DNA from: Vicugna vicugna
Lineage: Eukaryota
NCBI GenBank assembly: GCA_013265495.1
Contig: MU058667.1
Coordinates: 310,001-374,000, forward strand
DNA: 64,000 nt
Direction of reading: 5' to 3'
The stretch's first letter is position 1. Every line of letters starts with the position of its first letter. The notes beneath the pieces were generated by a model, which saw only the letters and a program-made list of their open reading frames with translations, did not search any database and was not told the origin of the DNA. Of the stretch, positions 1-13,127 are shown one piece after another. The position numbers and the translations under genes are program-made.

Positions 1-214
1 CTCTGTTGCCCTGGTTACCACAACTGCCTTCTCATAGGTCTTCACATCTGCTGTCTCCTGCCCAGTTTGCTCTCCACCTGTAACCAGACAGCATCCCAAT
101 CCTGTGCTTCCAGTTTAAAGCCATTCAATGAATTTCTTGCTCTCAAAGTCTAAACTCTTTCATGTAGTTTATAAGGTCTTTATAAAGGTCTGACCTCATG
201 TAGGGGACTGGGAA

Positions 215-385
215 TGCAGGAACTGGAGTCTGTTTCTTAGATTTGAACATCACTTACTGTGTGATCTTGGACAAGTTGCTTATCTTCCCTTTGCCTCAGT
301 TCTTTGCTGTATTAAAATGGAATTAATAATAAGGTCTAGGGATTATTGCTAGGTTTGAATGAGTGGGTAGTCAGTAATTAGAGAA
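215..385 (+). mobile_element. MIR SINE fragment
   Basis: Core motif cacttactgtgtgatcttggacaagttgcttatcttccctttgcctcagt...aaaatgg. Confidence 0.75.
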
Positions 386-699
386 TAGATGTTAACTCTT
401 ATTGTTGTAATTGTTACCTTTCTCAAGTAATTTTTAAAAATCCCATCTTATGACATCACTTAATTAACATCATCATTCATTGGTTAGAGCACAAGGAATT
501 CTGTGGCTTCAGCATATACGGGGAGTATGTGGTGATCGGTGTTCCTTATAGACACGTACTAGCAAAAAATAAACAGTTTATATGCTTGGTACCAAATGAG
601 AGAATAGACAGTTGGACACCATAGGAGTTGAAAAGAGGAAAAAGGTATTTTGTGAAAATTTGATCTTTCCTTTAAAAGGTTAATCAAGGCAGTGGCAGC

Positions 700-885
700 T
701 GCAGTAGCTAACATTTATTGAGCTCCTGCTATGTGCCAGGCATGGTGTTAGAAACCTGACGTGCCTTATTTTCCTCAAAAGAACTTTAAGATGCATCATT
801 TGTAGCCCTATCTTACTGCGGAAACTGAGGCTTATAAGATTAGGCAGCCCTATCAAATGTAGAGCTAAAATTCAAACCCAGATAG
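700..885 (-). mobile_element. MIR SINE fragment
   Basis: agctaacatttattgagc...tgtgccaggc...gaaactgaggctt...attcaaacccag. Confidence 0.75.
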
Positions 886-2244
886 ATGACAAAGAATTCC
901 TCCGATTATTCATGCTTTAAAATGTTTTTCCGTATCTGTCATAAGTCTTTAGAGGCAATGTGCACACCCATACACACACACACACAGACATACATACACA
1001 CAAAATCTCTGTCTCTCTAATGGTGTTTAAAAACAATTTAGTATTATTTTAAATGCATACAAAATATGGTATAGTTATCCAAATTTTCTCATGCAGAAAA
1101 TATATTTTGCAAGTAAATTATAATATCAGTGTATAGAAGGGAAAAAATACCAAGCATCAACCTTGTAACATGAAAGATCTGGTGAGAATATAATACTCAA
1201 TTGCAAAAAAGACAAAACAAAACAAAGCTATTTTACAGGTCGTGTTACTTCAGGCTTTTTAAGTGAGACATTCTGAATTATGTTTAGAGGTGCTTGTGGT
1301 AAACATATCTACCTCGTTGCTGGCCCTTTGTGATACTGCGGATGTAGAGGGAAACACTAAGATCCTATTGACAATTTATAAGTTCTGTTCAGGCTGGATT
1401 TAATCTGACTTTATAGGCTTAGTATATTTCACTGACAGTAAAGCATTTAGAACAGAACTTTTGTTTGAGGATTTAGAATATTGGGTTTTTATCTGTGACA
1501 GACTTGAAATAGTGTTACATCAAATACTGTATTTTTGAACACCAAACAGGCTAGATTCTCTTGTGAGGACAGATTGGCTGTGGTTGCCACATATGTGATA
1601 ATACCTTTTTTCTTTCATTTCATTGGGAAAGATTACCTAACAATTAAGTGTCATTCATCTCAAATACAATTTGATATTATGCATACCTATTGCACAGCTT
1701 ACTTTTTATTCTTTCTTTTAAAAGATCTTTAAATGTTAATCTTGATGCCTTTTCTTTAAAAAAATAGCTTGCCCTAGCAGGCCAAAACTGTGAAAAATTT
1801 TCAGTTTTCAGAATGTGTAGTCTTTTGTTCTTTTTATTTCTTTGATAGAGAGATTATAAACTAAGTTCTTAACTGTCAGAATGTAGACAACACAATTCAC
1901 AAGTTAATGGAGCTCTTATAAAGGGATTATGACTTACTTCTTTTTACTAATATCAGATAAAAGGAGGCTTTTTTCTTTGATTTTTCTTAGATGTATTAAT
2001 TTGTATTAGTTAGTGCAGATGTACCCAGGTGACTTCCGCTCCCCCTCTGTGACGTCTTGGAAATGAAGTGTTGGGTGTCGATATCTCTTTTCCACTATTT
2101 ATATCTGTATCAGTGATTTCAGATCATCCATCCTGACATTTTAGTTTGAATTAGAAGTGGAGAAAAATGTAACCTTAAGGTCTCATTTTTTTTTAAGAAA
2201 GTTGGATCTTGAACGTAACGTTAGCAATTTTTTAGTGGAGTGAG

Positions 2245-2450
2245 CGCCAGCTTTAGAGTTAGACTAATCTGAATTCACAATCCACTCTCATCACTTACTG
2301 GTTATGCAACCTTGAGCAATTTATTTACTCTCCTGGAGCCCGTTACTTCACTGAATACTAGTAATTTCTCTGCTGATTGTGTTGAGGATTATCAGTGCTG
2401 GTAAGGCCCCGGTCAGTGCCTGACACATAGTAAATACTCAGTAAACTGTA
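2245..2450 (+). mobile_element. MIR SINE fragment
   Basis: gctttagagttagac...cacttactggttatgcaaccttgagcaat...cagtgcctgacacatagtaaatactca. Confidence 0.75.
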
Positions 2451-2529
2451 GAGGTTGTGTCACTTCTGTTAAGGAAGATATTTTAACACAGTTGTGAAAA
2501 ATATTTGTTAGCTCTTTGGTAGTCATTAG

Positions 2530-2890
2530 TGCTAATCACCAAATATTTCCAGATGGCTCCCTCCCACCCCTTGGGTCGCATGGTATGGACGTATTTCACT
2601 GACCCTCGAAGCTGCCTTTACCTGCTTTGGCCAAAGGACTGTGAATGAATGTGTTGTGTGTCACTTCCAGGCAGAAGCTTTCAGAGCCCATGTGTCAGAT
2701 GCCGTATCCCTTAGTTGTGTCTCACTGATTGGGGAAATATGTATCAAGATGGGAGCATCCATCAGCCTGGTTTTCTGAGAGACTGCAGTGAACAGTCCTC
2801 CTGCTGATCTTGCAGTGTGAGGTATAAATAAACTGTTACTGTATTACACCACTGAGATTTCGTGGCTGTCCCTTATTGCTGCAAAACCAT
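2530..2890 (+). mobile_element. MLT1 (ERVL-MaLR) solo LTR
   Basis: tgctttggccaa...tgtcacttccaggcagaagcttt...aaataaac...ccactgagattt, typical MLT1 motifs. Confidence 0.7.
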
Positions 2891-3094
2891 ATTCCGAATG
2901 ATAGACTACTCAAAAATTATTTGCAATTTTTATGGGAGTAAAGCAAAGTCTTTTTTTTTATTGTAAATGAAAATTTGACCCTAAGAAAACACAAATTGCT
3001 TATGATAGATCTTTAACTCAGAATTAATCTTGAGCACCCTGGCCTTCAAACACAATTTATTGTATGAGAATATGGTGCTTAAAAGGCATGTTGG

Positions 3095-3601
3095 TATATT
3101 TCTACAAAGGTATATTTATACAATAGAATAATACTTAGCCATAAAAAAGAATAAAATAATGCCATTTCCAGCAACACAAATGGACCTGGAGGTTGTCATT
3201 CTAAGTGAAGTAAGCCAGAAAGAGAAGGAAAAATACCATATGATATCACTTAGATGTGAAATCTAAAAAAATGACACAGTGATCTTATTTACAAAACAGA
3301 AACAGACTCAGAAAAGCAGACATAGGAAACAAATGTATGGTTACCAGGAGGTAAAAGGGGTGGGAAGGGGGTAAATTGGGGTTCAAGATTTGCAGAATCT
3401 AACTACTAAATGTAAAATAGATATACAACAACTTTATTCTGTACAGCACAGAGAACTATATTCAATATCTTGTAGTAACGAATAATGAAAAAGAATATGA
3501 AAAGGAATATATGTATGTATATGTGTGACTGAAACATTATGCTGTACACCAAAAATTGACACAGCATTGTAAACTGACTATACTTAAATTAAAAAAAAAA
3601 A
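3095..3601 (+). mobile_element. 5'-truncated young L1 3' end with poly(A) and TSD
   Basis: L1 ORF2-end/3' UTR motifs (atgccatttccagcaac, cacagagaactatattcaatatcttg), A-tail, TSD GCATGTTGG at 3086-3094 and 3602-3610. Confidence 0.9.
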
Positions 3602-5261
3602 GCATGTTGGAATCTAGTAGTTAAATTCTTGATGAGTATGCTTATAGAGCAACATTGCAGAGGCGGAGGGGCATTGTTAGGCAGTAAAGCTCCTGGGTTT
3701 CATTCAGCGTAGCGCACCCCAGGCCTGATAATAGCAGCTGTAAGAGTAGCTTAGTGTTTCACACCGCTGAGCATGGCAGGTCCTGGGAGGGAGGTAAAAG
3801 ACAGGAGGATGAATGGTATTTCATAAGTGGTTAGTTATCGCCATGGAAGTTGCTACTGTGATTGCCTATCTGAGCATCTGCTCTGCATTCCCTGGGGGTT
3901 GGGAGAAAAAGGAGATCAGGTAATGGGAACAGTTTGCCTTCAGGTGTGAAAATGTGCACCACTTGTGGCTAGCTGCTTAATCTTGAGCAAGTTCTTTAAT
4001 CCTTTTGGTTTTGTTTTCTTACTCGTATAATAGGGAAGATAATATCTAGTGATGATGTAAAAATATGAGATGGTGTGTATAGGATAACACGTTAAATGCT
4101 TAGCTCTGTGACTGTAACCTGGCAAAAAATATTGGGGTTTCTGTCCCCTCTTGTTCACTGCATTTGTTGAGAAAGGTGATAATGGTACATTATCAAGACC
4201 TTCCTTTTTCTACATGATTTTACAAAGTATAACACTATTCCTTTTCTTGTGAATGGTTTCCTTTTATAAAAACCCTTTATTTTCCTTAATATCACATAAA
4301 ATTCACTTAGACCATGAGTCTCTTAAAGGGCATGAGTTCTTTTTTATTCCAAAGACCTACCAGAGTACCCTATTGAGATATAGGTCCTCATTTCCTTCTA
4401 TAGAACAGGTCCTCAGTAAGTAGTACTTTAGATTGGATTTCTTCTTTAATTATCCAGTAGTATAATTATGTTCCTATTTTACCTATAAACTGCATTTTTA
4501 ATATGAGATATTTCTTGCACATCTTAAACATAGATACTTACCTATGTGAACAGAGATTAGACTAGAAATCTTCCAGTAAATTAAATTGTCAGAATACTCT
4601 TGACCTCATGCTCATCTGATAAGAAAAAGTTGTTAATGAAGCAAATTTCTCATATCAAATCCTGTTTTGTTCATTGTCTTGCATTTGAAAACATCTTGGT
4701 TCTTTGTTTAATCCTCCCTGAGTATTTTTGCCACATGAGAGAAGAGGCAGTATTCAGCTGAAATTGCAGCAGAGGTTAAAAAAATCCCGCAATTGCAAAT
4801 TTATCCTAATCTATGTAAGGAGACTTTGTATATACATTGTTGATTTTGAAGAAGGGATAAAATTTATAGATTTACTAATGCATAGCTGAAACATCTTCGG
4901 TAACAAATATCAATGTGAAAAAGTTTTAAAAACCCGAGTTTAGTCTTAGAAATGGTCTTTATGTTGGAGTAGCCTGAATATTTTTCATGAATTTCATATA
5001 CCATGTAAGAATTGGATTTCATACTGTGAATGAGTGAAACAGTGTTATAATCAGAAAGTTGAATTCCTGGGTAATTAATTCTACGCTGATTAGCATATAA
5101 AATAACAATACATTATCCAGAATATTGGTCCATTTGAAATTACCTTGTAATAAAATACTAATTATCAAGTCATTGCTTTAATGGCATACTGAACACCAGG
5201 ATTTTGTATAATAATAAACAGAGTAAGGAGTATGAGTAACAAAAGTATTGAAGAGTGCCAT

Positions 5262-5469
5262 ATTAAAATAGATAAAAAACAGATTTCTTCTATATAACAC
5301 AGGGAACCATATTCAATATCTTACAATAGTCTTTTATGAAAATGAATATATGTATGCATATACATGACTGGGACATTGTGCTGTACACCAGAAATTGACA
5401 CATTGTAACTGGCTATACTCAATAAAAAAAAAAAAGAAAGTAAATAAAGTCTCTTGAGAACTGTTTAAA
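5262..5469 (+). mobile_element. Short L1 3' end with 21-bp TSD
   Basis: cacagggaaccatattcaatatc...gctgtacaccagaaattgacacattgtaactg; TSD AAAAGTATTGAAGAGTGCCAT at 5241-5261 and 5470-5490. Confidence 0.9.
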
Positions 5470-7651
5470 AAAAGTATTGAAGAGTGCCATCCTTTAAGAA
5501 GTTTATAATAGAAAGCGTATGCTCTTCTAAAAAGGACAGATCCAAAGATGGATATGATACTTGTTTTATAAAGCAGCCACTAACGTTGAATGATAACTTT
5601 AAAGTTTGCTACATGTTCATGAAAGGTTTCTTGTGTCACATGCTCATGGCTTCTCTTCATGTCTTACAAAAGGGAAGAAAAGAAAATGCTCTGTTACACT
5701 TTAACTAGAATAATTTAAAGAAAGCATGTGTTCTTTATTTCCCATTATTCTCTTTTTTTAAAGTATATAGTTTTTTTTCCTTAAAATGTGTATTTTTTCC
5801 CTCCAACATATTAGATTTCTATTTATTTCGACTTAACATATTCAGTAATAGTAGCATAATGTTTGGATTCAAACTCAAGCTAAATCTTATCTTCCCCAGT
5901 GTAGCTTTTCCCTCCATTTTATCCCAATACAATAAAGAGTTTCACAGTTATAAGATGGCTATGGTGTTTGCCTCAAATTCTCTTATTAGAAAAACTATAG
6001 TATTACTTAAGAATCTAGGGTAAAATTTTCTATCATTTAGATAATAATACAAAAAGTATCACATTAATTGAATAGGGGAAAAAGCATTGCTGGTATTCAA
6101 CAACTGCAGTTCCTGAGAATCGAATTATACAGGAGGTGAGAGAACATCTGAGTCCATATGTCCCACCTGGAAAACAGCCAGCTGCAGCTAAAACATTTCT
6201 TCATCATGTTCATTAACTTTTCATAGAGAAAATGTTTCACACTTAGGTCAGCTCTTTTAGAAGGAGGAAATTTAGAGCTAGAACAAATAATATTTAATGC
6301 TCATTTTAGAGACCAACAGTGAGAAACCCAGCCAGAAGCCAAGAGTTTTAGTCCCGCACATCTGGTCGTGGTGATGCTGGAATCTTGATACTCTGATAAT
6401 ATGTCTTTGTTATGACGTTAGAATGTTTTCTGGCCAACTCATTAAGCAGGTATGGAAACAAATCCTGACTCAGACCAAGTTGCTGTCATGCATGAAAAAT
6501 ACTGTACTCTTTTCATCCTAAAAGAGAAAAGCAATTCTTTGGATAGTTTCATGGAGCCATTTTGCCATGTTATACTTAAGTGGAGTCTGTGACTCCTCAG
6601 TGTTTTCCCTTCTCCATTTCCTCCAAAATAAGGAAATCCGTTTCCTTTCATTGGAACGCTACTTTTCCTTATACTTATATTAAATTTTGATAAGGATCTG
6701 AGGACTTCTTGAAAATGATTGATATGCATCATTTATAAAATATTCTTACATTCTTTTAGATACATTTAACCTAGTTAGCTGTCATTTTGATATAATATTT
6801 AAAGAATATGCAAGACACATTCAACTTTAAACCAGTTTTTAGGTGGCTTGTGTAGTAGGTCAAATAGTCAATAATAAATTATCTCTCAGAGAAAAACAGG
6901 AGCATAGGGTGTTCATAGTTCATTTCGTCCCCAGGGTCATAGCTCTTTATTAAACACTATGCAAAAAGGGTCAGTAATCATTGTATGTAAGAAGATGATT
7001 TGTTTCTTATTAAGCATCTTCCCAGTTTACTCAGATTGTTTCTGGAGATACTGAGAAAATCATTTAAGATCTTTTTATATGAATTTAATGACGAATGGTA
7101 TCCTGAACTATCCTATTAAGTACATAGACTTAAAGCTAAAAGGTTTTATTAAAAACTTTCTGGTTTTGAACAAAGATTGAATCTTTTACATGACTCAGAG
7201 TAATGAAAAAGGAAATATTTATTTTGAGGATAGGCCAATTTATATATTATTGGACATAGCACAGACCACCCAGGCCCGAAGCCTACTGTTTATAGTTAAA
7301 GATCTTAAATCTACACATGCTCTTGATGAGCAAGAGTTATCTTTGTTCCAGCTAGAAAGTTTATGTCTACAAAGGGCAGTAATTTTATGTTTCTTCCCCA
7401 CCCTTGGCTAGTAAAATTCTGTCAAGTAGATTATTTCATTTCCACAGGGGAGATTTCTTTGGACCTCAGTAATAATAACATTCTAAATTTCAGCTATCAA
7501 AGGACTAATGTTTAATATTGTTGGAAAACGCTAAAGTTATATTTGCCTTCAAAACCAGTTTCTTGTATAAACATATATATGTGTGTGTGTATTTGTGAAT
7601 GTATATATGCACACAAAATGTAGCTGAAGTGTGTGAAATGGATTAAAAAAT

Positions 7652-7676
7652 ACACACACACACACACACACACACA
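7652..7676. repeat. (AC)n microsatellite
   Basis: Read directly. Confidence 0.95.
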
Positions 7677-7959
7677 GAAAATGTAGCTGACTTGCTTTTA
7701 GTGCAAAATTTGTCATTTGGTTTGAAGCTTTCATTCTCTCTAATCAGCCATCCGATTTTAGAATTCTTTAGAGATTTGTTTTACTCTTCTTGTCTCTCTC
7801 TGTATTCTCATTGTAAACAGCTGACCCCGTGTTCATAGCTTTAACTACCACCTAATGTACTAGGAGGGAAGAAAGAGGAAATGGTTCAAAGCAGAAGCTG
7901 TCGGGCATGAATTCCTCAGTTTCGTATTGAAAAATCATATCTGTTACTACTGTGTCTCT

Positions 7960-8900
7960 CCGTAAAGTAGAAGGTGGGCCTGGATAGAATTCAGAGGGTT
8001 TGAACTATCTGCTTTGTATAAATCAGAGTAAAACGGTAGGATTGCTGGGCTGTGTGCCGGAGCCATTTGGGCAAGGTGATCATATTCTGTTGTGGAGCTT
8101 CCCCTAGCGGTGCACACTTGCTTCATGATAGTTACGGAGAAGGTAGGTAGTTTTGCCAATGGAGGTGATGCAAGGACTGAATGAGAAAGGAGTCCAGGGT
8201 CACAAAGTATTTCCCAATGTCATGGAATTTAAGATGGATAAGAAGGATAGTGAAGAAAGAAGGCACTGATAGATGGGAGGAAATATGAAGCTAATGAATC
8301 AAGTTTCTTAACAGGCCAGAGACCCTTCATCGTGGGAGTGGAACATCAAGGGAATTAGAAGTCAAGGAGAAGGTGGTTAAAAGGTGAACTGCTTGAGTAA
8401 ATGATTCAAGTGCAGTTAGGGTGACAAGATTATGGTAGTAGCTATGGACGTAGATGGCTCAGGTGAGGCTGAGTTACTCACTGGCATGGAGAAGGCCAGT
8501 GTACGCATGGATCACACATGCCAGTGTTGAAGTCACCCGGAATAATGGAAGGATTTGGGGTTGAGAGGAAGACTTTGGGTTAAGTTCTAAGGCCTTTGAG
8601 AAATAAAGGAGAATGATGGAGAGCTTGGTAGACACACAGTGATAAGGAGGCAAAGGGTGTGTATAACTGAGAGGCATGAGTTTTAAATGATCAAAATCTA
8701 TGCTAGTGAACTGAGGATAATGGTATAAAGCTAGAAATAGTGAGCAAGAAAGAAAATGGTAAGTAAGCAAACAGCCTTTATTTGAGATGGCTCCCCGGCA
8801 TGTATATCTGTAAGGGGTAGCTAGTTTTCACTGGAGGCAAAGAGACAAAAAAAAAAACCAAAAAAACAAAAAAACAAAACTTTTCCAGATGGGGTTAAGA
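7960..8900 (-). mobile_element. Degenerate L2 (or related) LINE internal fragment including the endonuclease region
   Basis: Minus strand near 8523-8546 reads IIPGDFNT, an APE-type GDFN motif; purine-rich + strand as expected for an antisense L2. Confidence 0.6.
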
Positions 8901-9599
8901 TTATAGGACAAAGTAAAACATCAGTAAAGGTGATTTATTTATTGAGTAATAATAAAAAGTTGATTGAAACACTAATATTATGTGCACAGCCCTTTTGGTT
9001 TTCATGTGTATTGGTGTTTGGAATGGAGTATAGGTACTACACATGGATTTTAATAATCTCGGCCTCAGTGGGATGAGGTCAAGAGTATGAGGATGGGGAA
9101 GAGAAATGATCAGAACTGTGAGTGAAATCAGTGCAAGATTTATAAGTCATATGAGCCATTTACTATCCAAGGACTGTAGAATTCTTTTGTAAATGTGGTA
9201 GATTATGTACGTGTTGAAATTGTTTCCCTAAGTGTCTGATGCTGTTTCAAGGAAGTGCTTCAAAGTTTTATATTCTTGAGTTAATGATCATATGGTCACA
9301 CTTATCAATTAAGACAGTATGAAAATTGCTTTCTCTTTAATAATTCATTTAACCCATTAAGTGGTAAAACTAAGTAAAAATTGTTTTCTTATCGAATGAT
9401 GTCATTACCCTTTTCTTGGAAATATTTTTCCAAAATTTCCTAGGTGAATAAATTACCTTTTATTAAATAGATACATTTGGCTGAGCCCATATTCCAAAGT
9501 TGAGAAAATTTCCTTGTGTTGGAGAATTTCCTCAAACCCATTTAGTATTGAAATACAAATATATAATGAAGACTGTTTATTAGTAGTAGAAGTATCAGT

Positions 9600-9850
9600 A
9601 GTAATCATGGTAGCTAACATATCTGTAACACTTACATTGTGCCAAGTACTGTTGAAGTACTTTACAGATGTTAATTAATTAATCTTTAAAGCAACCCTGT
9701 GAGATAGGTACCATTATCATCACCCCACTTTTATAGGTGGGTAAACTAAAGTATAGAGAAGGTTAATTAAGTTGCTGGTAAGTGGCAGAGCCAGGACCTG
9801 GGGCCCAGATGTCTGTAACCAGAGTCTTTGTTTTTAACCATTATGCTAAA
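9600..9850 (-). mobile_element. MIR SINE
   Basis: agctaacat...tgtgccaag...caaccctgtgagataggta...taagtggcagagccagga. Confidence 0.8.
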
Positions 9851-9959
9851 CTACTTTAATGTGATGTCAGGTAGAATATGACTCATAAAAAATAAAACTT
9901 TTTCTTTCCTACGTTCTGTTATTTTCTCAGTCACTATGGATTACTTAGAATTGGGTCCA

Positions 9960-10430
9960 GTGCTTAAGACTGAAAAACCCAAAATACAGTGGCTTAAATA
10001 TGAGATAAATTTATTTCTTACATAAAAGAGGACTGTAGGTGGACAGTCCAAGGCTGATATGGTAACTTCACAGTCATTGTGCGCTAACTCACCATCTGAT
10101 CTACCACCCTTCTGCATAAGTTTCATTCTTAAGATCACTTCCTGTACTAAGATGGCTTCCAGGACTCCAGCCATTGTATTGTCTTCTAGGTCAGGAGGAA
10201 GGTGAATGGCAAAAAAAGAAAAAAAAAAAAAGCGGGGTGGGGGGACTCCTCCTGTGGAAATCAGCTTTCTTTACACAAAGCCTCACACAGCACTTCTGCT
10301 CTCCTCTCGTTGAGTCACATGGCCATACAAGCTGAGAACTGTGGTCTTTTATTGTGGAGAGCAGCATGCCGGTTTCTGTTACTAAGGTAGAAAGGGAGAA
10401 TGGGTTTAGGTAAGTACCTAGCAGCCACCA
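9960..10430 (-). mobile_element. MLT1-type LTR
   Basis: aaaacccaaaatacagtggcttaaa...aagatggct...ccagccat...gagtcacatggcca. Confidence 0.65.
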
Positions 10431-12811
10431 TCCTTGGATCCACATCTTTTTTAGACTGTTTTTTAAATACTTATTTTATCAGCACATTTTGAACTGAGAA
10501 TTTGAATAACTGACACAGGTGAAGACAAGGATTGAGAGACAGAATGGCATTTGGGGGGCGCTCATGGCATACAGTGATGGTAATGCAAAAAACAGACTGG
10601 ACAGGGCACAGGTCATAATTTCTCTAGTTTTTGATTACTTCAGGGAATCAAAGTGGTAAGTGAAGTCTAACTGTACGTTCACATGAAGTGTGTTATATTA
10701 TTAATAGGTTAAATAAAAGCAATAGTTTTAAATTGGATTTCTAGTTCTTTTATTGGGAGGGAGTGGATGAAAAAAATTCTCACTTACTGCATTTGTTTAG
10801 GTATGTAAGAAGAGATGGTTATTGAACTGAGAAAGTCCTAAATGATCAGGAAAAATTCCTTCCTAATTCTCTGTCTCACGGGAGATAAATACTCTTGTCC
10901 ATCCCCTTTTAAAGAATGGAAGACATCCTATATCTTATTTCACATGGTTGTGGGAGTTTTATTATGTACAAAAAGAAAAGAAAAGCATTTTGGAGGAAAA
11001 TGTTTTGTTGGAAAGATATTTTCCCCCCACTGAAGATAGTAGTAAGCTGCCAAATACTTAAAGCTTATTTCTTGTTTTATTTATATTGTTTTTGGTGATA
11101 ACATAAAAACTTTTCATGGAAGTAGAGAATTTTATGCGTGATGTAGATTTCAAAAATTTCATGAAACTTAAGTGTCGTGCTCAGTACTCTTCCTTTCCTG
11201 TAAGACTGTGCTCTATACAGGACAGCTGAGTAGTCGGGTTTGCTGATTAAGTGCCCACTCTTTTTTTAAAATGGCCTGATGATGAATGTTTACATAACTT
11301 GTTCATTATACTTTTATCAACTATCACATTTTAAATGACTTAAGTTTCTACTAAATGATTTAAGGATTTGAACTAGAATAAGAAAACCTTCTATATTTTC
11401 ATTTCACGAGTGTATTGGGAACAAAATTCTGACCTTAAAGGTCAAAGATACTGAATGGATGGTAATGGATTTAACAGAGTTCTATTCTGTCTCTTTGTTG
11501 CTATTGTATTTTTTCCTCTTGCTGCACAATTAGTGAACCCAGTTTACTAGTGTTAATGTTCTTCATTTTGTTTGTTTCGTTGCTTGTGGAAACCTGATTA
11601 GAGCTTTTCAGAGTGGGTTGCAGTCAGAAGTGATTTATTTTGTGTATCTAAGCGGGATTCCAGCTGTCTGAGGTTTTCCTCTTGGCTGTTTAGATTTCAG
11701 ACAGCATCTAGATTGAAAAGACAATTCTGGCTAAAACAATTATCTTAGTCTTTCTTAAATGGTTCAAATTCTTTGTTTTTCTAAGTTTCTAAGAACTTTA
11801 CTTAGATTTTTATGTTAAAAATCACTGTGCTTTAATTTGTTATACTGATAGGATTATAGATTTTAAGATTTGCTTTTAAAAATGTCTAGTTTTAAGGAAG
11901 AATTATATCTTTTAAAAAAATTACTCCTACTTTTCTAATCTCAATTAGCCAAATCAATAGAATTCAGTAAGCTGTCTCTCAGAAAAGACCTACAGTGTAT
12001 AACAAAGAAATTTTCCTTTAGTGCTTCTAATTCAGATGTTGTAACCTCTATTAATGTAAAGAGACGGACTCTTACTCATACGTAGCATATGATTTGTCGT
12101 ATCCTAAATCTTTCCATTAATCTTTGCTTCTTTATTTTATTCACCAAAGTGTAAGCAGTTTCACTGCTGGTTTTGACTTACATGACTTGTCAAACTCTTC
12201 TGTTTATTATTAAAATTAACTTCCATAGCCATTTCCATAATGTCATATACTTAAAAAATTCTGTGCAATAACATTTTCCAGAAAGGTATCAACCATCGTT
12301 ATTCTTAGACTACAGATTTCTGTAGACGCTCTCACGAGTTTATTTTTTTTAAGAGAAACGTTCTATTTTTCTCAGATTCAAGTCATACATACCTGAAGGA
12401 ACGTCTGTAAAAATCTCAATTCTGTTTCTCTTCTGTGAACTTCCAGTTATAAAATACTTTTCATGTATCAGGTTACCTATGGGTTTACTTTTAGAAGGGT
12501 CATTTGTGATTGCTTCCTTCTTGACTATAATCCTTAGAAGAAAAAGTCCCCTTGAAAAATTATACTCCAGCACTAAAAAAAAGTCTGTAATCACAGTCTT
12601 ACTGGGTTTAGTCGATCAATATCAGCTCCTTAGAGTTCCCTAGAGCTGCAGTGTGGCCACGTTAACTTACTGTGGGTTTGGTTTCATGGTTCTAATGTCA
12701 ACGAAGAGCAGAAAGTTGTATCGCACATCCTATTACCACGCTATTAATTTTCATCTTTAGAAAGTCATTCAACATATGCAGGCTGCAGTTAATTTTGTGA
12801 TCATCTTGAAT

Positions 12812-13127
12812 TGCATTGTCCAGTGTGATAGCCACCAGCCACATACAGATACTGAGCATTTGAAATGTGGCTAGTCCAAATTTAGTGTGCTATAAGTATA
12901 AAGCACACAGCAGATTTTAAAGCCTTAGTATGAAAAAAGATGTAAATATCTCATTAAAATTCTTTTATGTTGATTATTTGTTGACATGATAATATCTTGA
13001 ATATATATTGGGTTAAGTGAAATATATTATTAAAATTTCACATCTTTTTACTTTTTAAAATACGGTAACTAGCAAATTTAAAATTGTATGTATATAGCTT
13101 GCATTGTATTTCTGTTGGACAGCTCTG
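12812..13127. mobile_element. MER33/MER3-like hAT-Charlie DNA transposon
   Basis: gcattgtcca...tagccaccagccacat...gagcatttgaaatgtggctagtcc...tatttctgttggacagctctg, with inverted termini. Confidence 0.8.
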
